In this document: in pieces, positions 36,690-50,727 of the stretch
Position numbering within the stretch: position 1 is the first letter of the stretch
Layout: the number at the start of each line of letters is the position of its first letter
Source of the DNA: Moniliella sp. 'wahieum'
Taxonomy: Eukaryota
Length of the DNA stretch: 64,000 bases
Direction of reading: 5' to 3'
Assembly: GCA_003971905.1 (NCBI GenBank)
Contig: RSEE01000105.1
Coordinates: 124,001 to 188,000 of the forward strand
Position numbers and translations under genes: made by a program
The notes under the pieces: model-generated
Seen by the model: only the letters and a program-made list of their open reading frames with translations
Databases searched by the model: none
Told to the model about the DNA's origin: nothing

Positions 36690-38344
36690 ATCTCGAACTC
36701 AACACACAAGTTTTGAGTCCAATGTTCAACCACTAACCGCTCCGCCTGGACGGATAAACGTTAAACGTAGCAACAGTAAACTGCTTGGAAGGACGCGGAG
36801 GATTCAAGTCAGTGTGTGGTTCCCGAGGAGCCTACTGTTCATGAGGCTGTGACATGTGATGGTAGAGAGCAGCGTCGTTAACCGCGTTAACGTCATTAAT
36901 GCCATTAAGCATTAGCGCGTCTGCGTCTCTGTTGATGCATGATGTACCTCTCCGTATAAGCCACAATTTGGTTCTATAGTCGATCCTATACAAGCCGAAA
37001 GGGCATGCGCTTATGGCGCTTATATGAGCCAAAAGCGGATGGGATAGGCGATTATAGAGAAGCCAGAGTAGTGACATTTATACTAGCGGTTATTATAGCA
37101 ATAATGCTTCGTTCGTGCCTTGGTTACAAAACGGAGAGAGGGCAGCGGGAAGAGCACAGAACAGAACAACATGACCGTCGATGAGATCGGTGGACTGTAG
37201 CTGGTTCTATATTTAGCAAAAGTGCGAAGCAGAGACGAACGAGTACACACGGTACTGCGAGCAGCCTAAGATCAAACTGCTGACTGTGTTGACTGCTGAA
37301 CGCTGGAATCAACCTCTGAGGATTCAACCTGAGTGCGCAGCCAGCCCAGAGCAAGTTTTGAAAATTGGCATTGAAGCTTGAAGGTATACCTCAAGCGGGA
37401 ACGAGAACAAAAAGAAAGAGATTATGCGCGCACGGGGAGTGGCTATCGAGTGGCTTTTGTTGTAACTAATCAGCAGTTCTAGTCACTAATCACAGGTCAC
37501 TGCATCTTCAAGCTTCACAGCTAACCCTCTCTTCTGTACTCAGTGTACTCAGTACTCACTGCATGTAATCACGTCCTCTCAGATCTCAGATCTCACGCGT
37601 CACACCAGCGACATGGCCACAAAACACCTGCAACCCCACCCTGGAGGAAGAGGAGGGCACATCAAACATCTGCCTCAAGCTTCAAGGGGGTCTCTCAGGG
37701 TCTCGATCTGTAGCACCCTCCGGCCTCCCGCGTCCCGTCGCCGTCAACGCGTCTCAACGTGTCAACTTTAAACCCCTCAAGGTGGTGACAGATCTGAGGC
37801 TCAGATCTGAGGGATCTGAGGTCCAAAAGACCTAAGAAGTTCGAGATCTGACTGGAGAGTGACTAGTGACTAGCGACTAGTGACTCCCCCCGGCGATGAT
37901 GTCGATGATGAGAGTCAAGCTGATTGGTTGAGCTTAGTCGAGCTTCAAGCTCCAAGTGACGAGTACTAACTACAGTGATCCCCCCAGTTAGTACGTTATA
38001 CGGCAGCCATTTCATTGACGGAGCTTAAGGCTGGGACAGGGGAACGCTACGCCTAAACCGACCCGTTCATTTTGCGCGTGTTACTTGGCAGCGCCACCAT
38101 GCTAGGGAACCAGGGGGATCGCCAGGATATCAGGAACTCTGGTGCTCGCTATCCGGTCCCATACCCGAGGTATAGCGCGTGTGAACACGGATGAACGTGG
38201 TAGACTTCCGAGCTATAAACAAAACACTGTCGACTTGAAGTGCTTGAGGTTCTACGCCGCGGTATCTACGCCCTTTACATGTTACGCGTTGCACGTCTTG
38301 AGGAGATATTCTCAGCTCTGGCAGTACTTGTCCTCCACTTCTTC

Positions 38345-38626
38345 TACCCGTCCCTACGCCCCAGAGGTTTCAGTCACGTTACTACGGCCCAAGCCGGTGC
38401 ATATACGCTGCCTTGCACACGTGTGCCATCAGTGTAGCCACCTAGGCTTGACGACTTTAGGGCTTGGCTCCCAGAGGCCTCTCTCTCCTCGTCCTTAGCT
38501 CCTCTCAGATCCACCATCTAGCCCAAGCCCGAAACTACCGTGAGTCGACCTATAGTCTCCGAAGGTATTGTACCCTATAACCCTGGGCGAGCCCCTTCTT
38601 GGGGCCCGTCTCCGTGACATGTGACA
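38345..38626 (-). mobile_element. LTR-like repeat fragment (terminal part)
   Basis: gttactacggcccaagccggtgca...agaggcctctct...ctagcccaagcccgaaactaccgtgagtcgacct...ccctgggcgagcccct...ccGTGACA matches the 31.2-31.5 kb and 35.5-35.7 kb copies. Confidence 0.75.
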
Positions 38627-38980
38627 TTGAAGCAGGGGAAAGAACGGAAGGGATGGCTTCAGTGCAGATCAAGAATGGTAAAGGATGGAACGGTACAATG
38701 AGGAGCGTATAGATAGTAAGCAAGGCAGCACCATTGGTAGTTACTACTATACATTCCTGGCCGACGGCTTGTCGCCGTGACCACACGATAAAAAGGGAAG
38801 GTTCAAGTGACGTAACTAGTGATTACTGTACTGTTACTACGCGCAAGCGGGGCGAAAAAGGCGCGAAGGCTCATACTGGCGTCGTAGGAACTGAGAGAGT
38901 CTACGCGCCGGACTGCACTTGCCAAATTAAGTACGAACGACACCGCTTGGGCGAACCGGGTGGCGTCGTAAACACGCGTA

Positions 38981-39035
38981 TAACGCACAACTCGTAACGC
39001 ACAACTCTTACGCACAACTCGGAACGCAGAACTCG
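38981..39035 (+). repeat. 12/13-bp tandem repeat (AACGCACAACTCG)x4
   Basis: taacgcacaactcgtaacgcacaactcttacgcacaactcggaacgcagaactcg. Confidence 0.8.
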
Positions 39036-42000
39036 TCACGCGGATGATAATCGATAATCGATAAATCGATAATCCAAGGCAGACAATCCCAAACGCATTC
39101 ACTTCTTGGCAGATCCATTTCGCACTCGGTTGTAACGTACCATACTCTGACTAGTACTCAGTCTGAGTAACTCAGTACCGAGGAGTGCTCACCTGCTCAC
39201 CGGTCACTCAGTCTGAGATCTGAGGTCTGAGGACGACTGAGCGCACGCCTCTCCGCCTCAGCGCTCAGTCCGAAATTGAAACTGAATATCCAGATGGTAA
39301 GACCAAGGTCGGAGAGACGCCACACCCCCGACACGCGTCGGGTAATCTGGCAGCCCTCACGATCTCAGATCTGGAGATATCCAGCGTCCAGATGGCTGAG
39401 GGGCAGGTCCACACGTACGTACATTCCCAGTATTCAGATTGAGATTGAGATTGAGCTATTGAGTCTACATACTCAGCACTCCATACTGCGTAGTGCCTCT
39501 CCACTGAATCAGTAACCGGTAACCGGTAACCGCCTATAGTGGGGCCAAGGTCAGATCTCAGCCTGAGGCTCAAGCCTCAGGCCCTCAGGCCTCAGGCCGG
39601 GCAAGCGGGTCAAGCTTCAAGCCAAGGGACCAGCGGCTCAGCCAGAGCGCTCACACGGAGCACCGCGCGCCCTCAGTCTGAGTACTCAGCGCGTCAGCCG
39701 CTCCGGCTGAGCCCTAGTAAACCCTTGAGCCCCCCACGGGCGAGGTACGGGCATCCATGCATCATGCATCATGCATCATGCATCGAAGAATTCGATCCCC
39801 AAGCTCCCTGGCCAGCAGCTTGAAGCGTTACACGTTACACGTTGTTAAGCCTTTTGGAAGCGCAGCCACAGGATGTCGGATCGTCGAATCGCACAGCACA
39901 ACAGTACTGTGGTACTACCGAGCACTGGATCTTGAATCCTGAGGATTCAGTCCGAGGCCTGAGCGCCTGAGCGCCTGAGCCTGAATATTGATTGCAATGA
40001 ATCCTGCGGAATGCTATGCGCGCCCCCACCATCCACACATCCACAACAATTTATCCGCCACGCTCTTGGGGGCGCAGGCGTCCTGCCCGTCTCTAGCTGG
40101 TTCAGCCAAGCCGTCGGAGTGGGTGGTGAGCCGTGGCGCGTGACCGGTAACACCGGGCCGGAACCGCGCAGTAACGCGTAACGGGTGAAGTGAACCTTGA
40201 GTCTCGCGTATTGACCTCATGGCCTCATCGATCATCGGACGAACGAAGAGCTATGCAAGTGGATGCAAGACGCGCACAGCTACGGTCGTTTGAGGTGGAG
40301 CCCATGCAATACATAGACCCACCGGAGCAACTACAGGACAATACCTCGGTGCTCGTACTTGTACTCAGGTGAGTGAGTACTCAGCGCCATAAAAATGGGG
40401 TGTGTTTGGCGTGTGTGTGCGCTGATTGGGTGGGTGTGTAATGAAATGGATCAAACGAGCGTGGGGGTGGGATGCCAGGTGCCTAGCGCCAACAAACACA
40501 GCTAGGTGCAAGCCAACAGGGGCTTGGATGGGCAGGTGCGGCGGAGGGCGGAGAGTGGGCGAATGTGTGGTGGCGGAAACCCCGCTGGTGGAGGAGTGGG
40601 CGCTGGAAGGCGAGGCGCGTGGCGAGTGCTACGTATCGAGGCCGGATAAAAAAAAGCAGAGCGAGGGGGCAGTGGCGGGGTGGGTGGGCGAGGGACGGCG
40701 CCTTGTTTCTGGCTATGCTGTGCGTATGCGATGCTGGGGGGTAGGGTTAGGTGTGTGAAACGATGCGCGTGATGCAATGCACTGCGATGCATAGGCCGCC
40801 CCCAAGCCAGAGCAGCCATCATGCATCATGCATCAGTGCTCGGTGCTGCATTCTGCGCGCCCCCCACACGGCAGTGTGTGGCGCAGGGGGTGTGTGCCTT
40901 GCGACGGCGACAACAAAAGTCCCATGCAGGCGGAATGCATACGGCTGCTGCTGTCCGCTCGGGTGGGATGGATGCCTCTGCACGAGGGGACCCTAACCCC
41001 CTCCCACGCTGTCCCACGTCGCTTCCGTCCTGCGCAGGGCCTGCGCCTGCCATGCACCATGCCAGATCCGCGCGGGGCCGAGGCTGGCGCGTTGTCGGCC
41101 TACGTACCCCCTCCGCATCGGACAGCTGGAGTGGGCATGTGCTGCGCTGCCTTTGCCACAGCACGCCCTAGTCTGTCTCGATCGCTGGGCTGCGCTCGGC
41201 TGCGCTCGGAGGCACTGGGATCGATGATCGATCGGGCTGCGTCGGGTGTCGCAGAGGATGGGTGATCTGAGACACACGCCATACTATGGCGGGTACGCGC
41301 TGCGCTAACCATCTGTGTATGTATAGGTGTATTGCATAGCATCCTCCATCTTGCACCCGTCCCGAGGCGGCGGGCGCCATCTCGGGCACGGGCGATGTGT
41401 GCGGCCTGCACCCCGGCGACCCCAGATAAAACCCTGGCACACGCGTCTGCGGGCGTGGGGCGGACCCTCCCATCACCCTCCCTCTGCTCCTCCACCCTGG
41501 TCTTCTCGCTTCCGCCCGCTGGGTCCCGTGCCCTGCCCTCCGCTCCGCCCCCTCGACCCTTCCTTCCCTCCGCTCTGCTCCACCTCCATCGCAGCTCATC
41601 CCCTCCCTCCCCTCGTCGTACGTGTTACCCCTTCCGTCCCCCATCCACACCGACAGCCCACAGCCCACGCGGGGGGCAGTCGTGCCTCTGGCCAGCACAC
41701 CTCCTCCAACCGCTAGTCACTACCTTGCCACTACTACCTTCACCAGTCCAGTGCGCCGCCGCACCGTCGTTCTGTGCTCTTGCCGTCGCAATCGACCCAC
41801 TGGCTCTCCTCCGCCTGATCCGTCGTCCCGCCGCCCACAACACAACTCCGTCGGCGCCCCACCGATCGCCGACGGTCCGATCCCACACCCCACTTCACAT
41901 CCGTACTCAGTAGTACTCAATACTCAGTACTCCGTGCCGCCACCCGAATCACAGCTGGGCAGCCGGACGCTGGCCATGTCCTTAGCGTTGGCCCACGTGC

Positions 42001-42506
42001 CCCCCCGCCTCGCCCCCCGCTTTTCCTTGTCACATGTCACATCCATTTCGGGTGCTATCCCAGCTCCGTCTCCTTGTATCCGTTACTGACTTGCGCTCCT
42101 TCGTTTTTTGCCCTCTCTGTGCGCTGCGTCACATTAATTGCACTGCTCATTTCCGGGGCTACCGTCATGTCCGCGACTGTCCTGCTGCGATGTTGACCGT
42201 CACGTTTACCGCCGACCATGCATCATCATCACCATCAACATCAACATCATGATCCTCATCGTCATCATCATCATTGTGGTCCCGCCCTCTTCAGGCGCCA
42301 GGTGCTGGTAGTTCAGCTCAGCTCGCCCCCCCAGGTTCAGGTGGATTGAACGGCGCTTTCCTGCTGTGTTGACCTGATCTGTTTAAGTCCAAGTGGGAAT
42401 TCGGAAAGGACCCTTCTTCACCCATCATATTTCGCCTCGCCCCCGACAACCCCCCTCCCCCTCCTCCCTCTAGCGTTACCTGTTCTACCTCCCACGGCGG
42501 CCATCC

Positions 42507-45333
42507 ATGCCTCGTCTCGATCCTACTGCCGCCGATATTGTGATCGATGAACGGCTTCCTCCTTTGCCAGCGCTTCCGCGAGCGGGATCGACCACTGTGC
42601 CCAGCACGCTTGAACGTGCTGCTCCTACCGCCTCGCGTCGCTCTGGTCCCGAATGGCGCCGGCAGCCCGGCCCATCGTTTGTCAATGGTCCGGGAAATCT
42701 GACTTCGGGTCACATTCCCCAGTTCAATAAGGCCGGCGCGCCACCTGCGTCTTCGTACCCCCCAACATCACGTAGTGCTGGGGCAGGGTCCGCAGGTCTG
42801 CATCCCTACCTCCCTCCTTTATGCCTATGGACCAAGCCAAGCCAGCTCGGATGCCCTTGCGACAATCTACAATGGGGGCACCGCTGCATCCAAGCATGTC
42901 TCCTGATACGCCCAAGTTTGGTGCGTTTGCCTCGCATCGGACTGGCGGGGCGTATGCGCCGTCGTCTTCCCCCGACGATCCAAGTCGGCGCGGCGAGAAT
43001 GGAATGAGCTTTGCTCCTCTGCGCTCGCACTCTGGTTCGGCAGCCGCTTCGGGTTCGGAATTCTCTTCCCTTCATTCGGCCCCTTTTCCCATCCCGGCCT
43101 TGCCCCCGCCCCCGCCTCAAATCCAGACGGGGAGCGTGGGAATGCTGAGCTTGCACGACGAACGTATTTTGGCACCGTTCCTAAAACCGCGGGCCAAGCG
43201 GCGCCGTGACCACGAAGCAGGGCATACTTCTACTTCTACCAAATCCCGCCCGTCCGTCGACCACACTGATTCCCTCGGTGGCTCGCCCGAGGGCGACGGG
43301 GATGTGAAACCACACCTCGAAAGTGAGGATACTACGAAACCTGCTCTTTCCTCGGAATCGCCAGATGTGCCCACGGCGGAGAACACACTACCCGACTCGT
43401 CGGCTACCAAGCGCAAACGTCCCCCCCCCGCGGTCCAGCGAACGTCCTGGCCCCGTCATGATCGATGGCAAAAAACGATACCCCTGTGGCTCGTGTACAC
43501 TTACGTTTAGCACCAGTGGTCATGCCGCCCGGCACAGTCGGATTCATCGTGGTACGTTACATGTCCCTGTGCGCGCTTGGTTGGTTTTTTTTTTCACGTT
43601 GGGCCTCTGTCCTCGTGGCGGATCGATCCAATTTACCGCTCTAGCCATCGGGATGCGATTGGCTGGCTGCTGACCATTGTGCTTTGCGTCGTACTTTGCG
43701 TCGTGCTTTTCGTTCTCTGGACCTGCTAGGTTCGCGGCCGTACGTGTGCACTTTTCCCGGCTGCGGCAACCGTTTTTCGCGCCAAGACAATAGCTTGCAG
43801 CACTACAAGACGCATGTGAGCGCGTCGCGCAATTCACGCGACAATGAGCTAGGGTACTTGCTCAAGTCGGCCGCGGAGATCGCGCAGGAGGACCGGTACA
43901 TTGCGTTGGGCAAGAAAGCCTTGTTGGACGGTACGGCGATTGCGGTGATGCACGACGTGTTTGACAGCAAGGGTCGGCGGACGGGGGAGAAACTAGTGCG
44001 GTCCGTAGGCGCCGACTTGTCCACCGCTTGCCTCGGTCTAAGAATGACCCTACGCCACCGGCGCATGTACTGCAAACGGTGGAACAGCAGGCGGCCAGTG
44101 CGAATCAACAAGGTCCACACTCGGTAGGCGCAACCGCTCTCGAGGCACAGGCACGCCAAGATTCTCCTCTGCTTCTGCTTCTGCTTCTTTCCGCCCCGGT
44201 GCGATGGCCGACCCCATGGCTCCCATGTCCGACTCGACCCGGCTCGGCGCGGCTTTGGGACCGACGATGGCCGCGGGCGGATTGTAGGTGCACCAGTGAC
44301 TTCGTCCATTGGTGATCCGAGCGGCGGAGGAGGGGGCGGTGGTCTGCCCCCACGCACCGTGCCTACTCCATGTCGACGGCAGGTCCAGGCCCAGGGCCGG
44401 GCACGACCGCCAGCGCGGGCTATGGCGCCATGCCTTCCAATCCCGTTTCCGTGTTTGCCGACCCTTCGCTCGGCCCCGTTTCCACGGCGACGAGTGGGAC
44501 AGCGTCGGGTGCTGATGGTGTGCCGGCCCAGTTTGGCCCTTCGACCCCGACCGTGTTCCCTCGTGCGAGCACGAGCACGAGCACGTCGAGTAGCAGTGTG
44601 ACGGGCCGTGTGATGCCGGTCGGCATGGCGGCTGTCTCGCCTACCAATATGGGTGGCTACGGCCCGTCTGCCTCTACCTCTACCTCGCACCTCGCACGCG
44701 CGCTCCTCAGCGTCCTACCCCCCTCGTGGGCACACAGATATGGGCACCACAGTCTCCAGCCACTCGCCTACGACCGCATCGGAGATGACTGTCATGTCCC
44801 GCCCGGGCCCAGGGGGCACCAGCACCAGCACCAGTACCGGCACTACCTTTGGCCCGAGCATGTCGTCTGCCCCGCCCACCACATCTACATCCACATCCAC
44901 CACCCTGCTCCCGCCTTCGCCGATGATCAACCCGGGTGCATCTATGTACGTGTCGGGCCCGTCGGGCGCAGTAGGTGCGCAAGGGCTCGAGTATGGTTCG
45001 TGGGACGCGCGCACACGCACCCAGTTCAGCACAGGTATTATCCTTCGTACGCACAAGCACAAGCCAAGCACAAGCACAGGCACAAGCACAGGCACAGGCA
45101 CAGACACAGACACAGACACAAGCGCCAGGACAAGCGCCGGGGCAAGCTACGTGGCGCGCGCCCGGACCAGGACCGAACCAGGCTATGGCCTACCACGCTT
45201 CGGGCTACGCTCCGTCCGGCGGGTCTTACTACCAAGCGTCGCCTTCGTACGCCATGACGTCGGCGCCAGGTGCGGGTGCACCGGCGCAGCCTGCTCCAGC
45301 CTGGCGCCTGCGCAACGAAGCGCGTACAATTAA
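42507..45333 (+). CDS. Two-finger C2H2 transcription factor, Nrg1-like; intron 43552-43729
   Basis: KRYPCGSCTLTFSTSGHAARHSRIHRG|SRPYVCTFPGCGNRFSRQDNSLQHYKTH carries the TSGH/RQDN signatures of Nrg1-type fingers. Low-complexity flanks include a QA repeat. Both ends are approximate. Confidence 0.82.
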
Positions 45334-46810
45334 TGAGCCGTTGAGTATCTTATCGGTCACGGTACATGGTACATGTACAGGGTACTACTACTACTATACT
45401 TTGCCTGCAGTGCGCCTTGGGGTACCTTAGTTCGCCGTTTGGGCCCTGTAGGTTGTGCCCTGTAGCGTTGTGCCCTGGTGGCGCTTGGTTCTTGGCTTCT
45501 TGGCTCTTGGCTGCTGTTTGCCTAGACTCCGACTCTCTCGAGAGGTGCAGTGCAGTGCAGTGGGTGGCACGTTTCATCTCTTTTTCACGACGGATACGTT
45601 TCCTCTGTTCTTCAAGTACGAGCGATCCTTGGCTCTTTCCTGTACCACCCCCGTCGCCGCTTCCTCTTAGTAGGCGCCACAGTTCTTTTTCTCCTTCGTT
45701 CCTCGTTCCTCGTTCCTTGGCCCTCGGCCGTCATTGTTCGTTGTTCATTCTTCGCCACCGACTATATCCATGAGGCGAGGCCCGCAAGGCCCAGGCTACC
45801 TTCCGTTGCTTCCCGTTGCTCATGATGCCCTGCTTCGATGTGCGTTTTCTCTCTCCCTCTCTCTTTCCCTCTTTCTTTCTTTCTTTCTTTCTTCTTTCTT
45901 TCTTTCTTTCTTTCCCCCCTCGCCATCGCCCCTAATCGCCCTAATCGCCCCCAACCGCCCACCACCTATCCGTGTTCTTGTTGGTTCCGACACACACTTG
46001 ACGATGCCTTGCTGCCAATGCCCCCCCCCCCCCATCCGACCGCTTTCCCCGCCCCATTCCTCTCTCCTGCGCTGATGGGGTAGCTCCTCGGACGCCTCGA
46101 TGAATCCCATTTGCGTTTTAGGTCTTTGGGGTCCCTATTGTCCCTTTGGCTTTTTTGTGGTTTTTGGTCCATTTGGTCCATTTGGTCCATTTGGACCTTT
46201 CACCCGCGCTCTTACCTTCCCTGCCCTTCCCTGCCCTTGCCACACTGGTGCCATTCCATCCGCTCTCTGCCCCCGCTTGATACATGTTACGCACGTTCCG
46301 CCGCGGTCGCAGTACCCAGCCAGCCGGTCGCTCTGGCTTCGATGGTCCCCAATGCCGGTCCCCGTTGCCGGTCCCCAATTCCGGTCCTCATTGCCGGTCA
46401 CCGCCAATGTCGGTCATCCCTTGCTTTTTTTGGATGCCCTCTCTACTATCTGCTCCCTCGCCCTCACGGCGAAGGTCCCGCGGTCCCGTTCTCTCTATTC
46501 TTTGTGTTCCCTTTGCCTTTATCTTTTCTTTTCTTTTCTTTTCTTTTTTCCTTTTCTCCTTTTCCTTCCGCTTTTCTTTTCTTTTTCTTGTGCCTATGTC
46601 TTTGTCATTGCCTTTGCCTCTTCCTTTCCCTCTCCGCCTCTGTTGCCAGGATCGATCTCTTGGGCGGATGGGCAATGCGGATTGCTCGCCTATGCTAGTT
46701 GGGAGTTGGGAGGGTGCGGTAGGATGTGGATAGTGCGCTGAGCCCGGGCCGAGGGCTGGGACAGCAGGGGAAACGTATCGCACGTCCGGTCGCGCTCAGG
46801 CTCAATCCGG

Positions 46811-46858
46811 AGAAGGAGGAGAAGAAGGAGAAGGAGAAGGAGAAGGAGAAGGAGAAGA
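46811..46858 (+). repeat. (GAGAAG)n microsatellite
   Basis: Read directly from the sequence. Confidence 0.85.
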
Positions 46859-47970
46859 GGTTGAGGAGGATCCATAGTAGGCACATAGGGAATGTGTGGA
46901 TTAGCAGTCGTCAGCAATATGTCATCCTGTGGTCTCATGAACATTCCCAACCAAAAGTATGCCAGCGTCCCCTCCCCCCCGTGCCGCATTGGATTGTGCA
47001 ACGCGCATCAACACCTGTAACCAGTTGCATACCAGCCTGGAACCGCGCCCCGTGGGCGTGACGCAGAAGCGGAGGGAAGTGGGGAGTACATTAATCCTTG
47101 CCCAGGCTGGCGTCCTACCTCGCATTGAGGATGCCCCCACGATGAAGGTCGTGATGCATACTATTAGTAGTCATGATGATCGATGACTGAACCGAGGCCA
47201 TCCCAGGACACACCCGAGACCAGTAGACCGGACTGGCCTCATCGACCCACAAGGGGGACGCTCTTCCTCTACCGAGAGCAGGATCACCGTCTCCCACCAG
47301 CGTGGTACTGGTCCGAGTCGCCGGGGCAAACTAAGGCGCCCAACCCGGTTGCTACCGCGGTCCATCCTGCTACGTCACGGACGGCAGCGAGTGGGGGGCG
47401 GCAACCGGTCTACGCAGGGGCGGCTGCAACCTGAGCTAGGGAACAGCAGGAGGGGGGGGGGGGTCGAACTTTCATCTTGTATCGCAACACAATCCTAGTG
47501 CCGTCCCAGTGCACCGAGACGCTATCAGTGGTATGTCCTGGCCGTGGCCTGCTCTCTGGGTGGCACTACAATCTGGGAGTCCATGTTGGTCCGCATTCCC
47601 CACTGCGGGCGGATGTACGATGTACAGCGGGGCGTAGTGCTGAGACGGGATGCACCGTAGGGTGGGGGCAGGCGACGCGCCCAGTGACTGACCAAGTCGA
47701 GCTCAGTGCCCCTCGTACTTCTCACAAGCCCCAAAGGCACGACAAAGCCAGGGTAGGTACGTCCCCGTTCCCGTGGGCAGCACCTCACGAATACAACTGG
47801 GGGGTGCGGAGAAGATGCATTCCTGTCTTTCCTGCTCCGGAGGCAAGTCAATCGATTGTCGTTTCCGTATACGGGGCGAGGAAGGGCAACGGGGATGGGA
47901 TGCGGAGAAAAGACGTGCATCAGGCCCCAGGGTGGCCTGTGCTTGCCAAGAAAAGGCATCGTATCATTCA

Positions 47971-49076
<1,106 letters not shown>

Positions 49077-49107
49077 CTAGTTCTAATACACTTTAAGTCC
49101 CCACTTA

Positions 49108-50727
49108 TCAGACGCCGGAGGGAGTGGCAAGTCCATAGCCGAGCGCAAGGCTTGACACCAAGCCTTCGAGCAAATGGATCTGCTGGTCAGCCTGGTGTAA
49201 GTACTCTTGGCGAGAGTAAATGTCCAGAGCAAGGTCTCGTTGCATTCCCAGCGGGGCCATCCGCACCGACTCGAGCTCTAAAGTAGTGGGCCCCTGTTCC
49301 TGTTCTTCCTGTGGTGATCCCTGTTCTCGTTCTGGCTCCTGCATGACTTCAACGCCCCCAAGGGGCCCATGACGCTTCCCAGTCGACGGGTTGTGTATTG
49401 GCTCCTTCTCATTCCCTGCAGTCATGTTGAACGAGGCGTCCGTCAGAGGGGGCGATGAGAATGACTGATGCGTAGGAGCAGTCCCAGCCGTACCGCAGTC
49501 CTCCTGACGCGATGTGGGAGTGTCTGTCGTCTTGAGAAAAGAAGGATGGGGATGAGATTGAAGTTGAAGCAACAAGCTGACCTCAGATTCATCTGCGTCC
49601 GTGTCGTAGGACTGCGGAACGGGGAGGCGGAGGCCCTCAAATCTAGAAGGGGAGCTACGTTCGTGGACGCGAAACAAGGAGGAGGAAGCTGAATTTGAAT
49701 GAGCCCTATCGGACCCAATGGGGGGTAAGTTCTTGTGGAGAGTAAAGGACCGAGCTTGGAGGGAACGATGGAGCGGCTCAGCAGGAGTGGCGGAACCCAA
49801 GGACAAGCGAGGATGTTGGTGACCCTCGGCCTTGCCCAAGCGCGCAGCAGCCGCTTGCTCCACGATCGATTGCCAATCATCAGCGCCATACGCTTCCGCC
49901 AATGCGTACCCCCCGTCGTCCAAAGCCGTTTGCAACAACCCAATTTCGATCATTAGGCGCTCGTTGTCTTTTTGCGTGGCAGTCAAGATGCGCTCTTGGT
50001 TGCAAAACTCGTCCTCGGCCACATCCAGTGCTTCTTGGTTGCGACGTTGCTCTTCTTGCAACAACAAGAGATGCATACGCTCGGTTTCCTGTTGTTCGAT
50101 CTGAAATGCTTGCTCCCTAGCTTGGACCAGCTAGGCAAAGGGGAGAGTGTTAGTCTCACACTGCATGCCCCGAGAATCCTCAAGCGACAACGTTACCTGT
50201 AGGGCTTTCTTGTAGTCGTTGGTATGCGCATGTTTCTGATCTTTGAGGGCTCGGATGAGGCGCCGAACGAGGTCCGAGTCCGTCTTTCTTTCCACCTCCA
50301 ACTCTTCCCACCACGACGGCCGGTCGAGGTCGTGCAGTGTGTCGAGTGCAGATGGAAGAGGAGAGGCAAGCAGGCTATTGCTGCGCCCTCGCCCACGGCG
50401 TAGAGCCGTACCCATCACGGCGCCTGCCCCGCCCAGGGCAGGCTTGGGTGGTGAGGGAAGAAGATACGGGGCTTGATGGGACTGGCGAGGCTGCGCTTGG
50501 AACGAGGGACAGCCGTGAAGAGCACGGCGGAGCGCCGATGCATGCGGGACCGGATGGCACGGGCAGGTGTTGCGGGTGCGCGCGAGCGGGACGTGCTGGC
50601 GGGTTGTGCTGGAGTCATAGTGGCGGGGAGGGGTGTCAGCGGAGAGTGGGGAGGTGGTGGGACGGGGCCAGGGGCCAGAGGTCAGGGGCCAGGGGCGAGC
50701 GACGGACAAGCGAGGACTTCCAATCAT
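49108..50727 (-). CDS. Hypothetical coiled-coil protein; intron about 50131-50196
   Basis: Two long ORFs joined by GTAACG...CTAAC...TAG. Heptad-like stretch EQQETERMHLLLLQEEQRRNQEALDVAEDEFCNQERILTATQKDNERLMIEIGLLQ. Confidence 0.55.

Larger units (their letters stand above)
35712..40200. repeat. Dense field of 7-bp-phased TNA-N4-TNA micro-arrays
   Basis: 36411 TGA-CGCG-TGA-CGCG-TGA; 36535 TGA-CATA-TGA-CATG-TGA-CATG-TGA-GGCC-TGA; 37579 TCA-GATC-TCA-GATC-TCA-CGCG-TCA; 37860 TGA-CTAG-TGA; 39048 TAA-TCGA-TAA-TCGA-TAA; 39513 TAA-CCGG-TAA-CCGG-TAA; 39756 (CATGCAT)x4. Confidence 0.9.

Noticed and set aside
45366..47960. Numerous ORFs between the C2H2 gene and BET3
   Set aside because: They derive from low-complexity pyrimidine/purine tracts and show no domain or codon signal.
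49940..50010. QERILTATQKDNERL as a centrosomal CEP162-like motif
   Set aside because: A short coiled-coil resemblance recalled from memory. It cannot be supported without a profile search.
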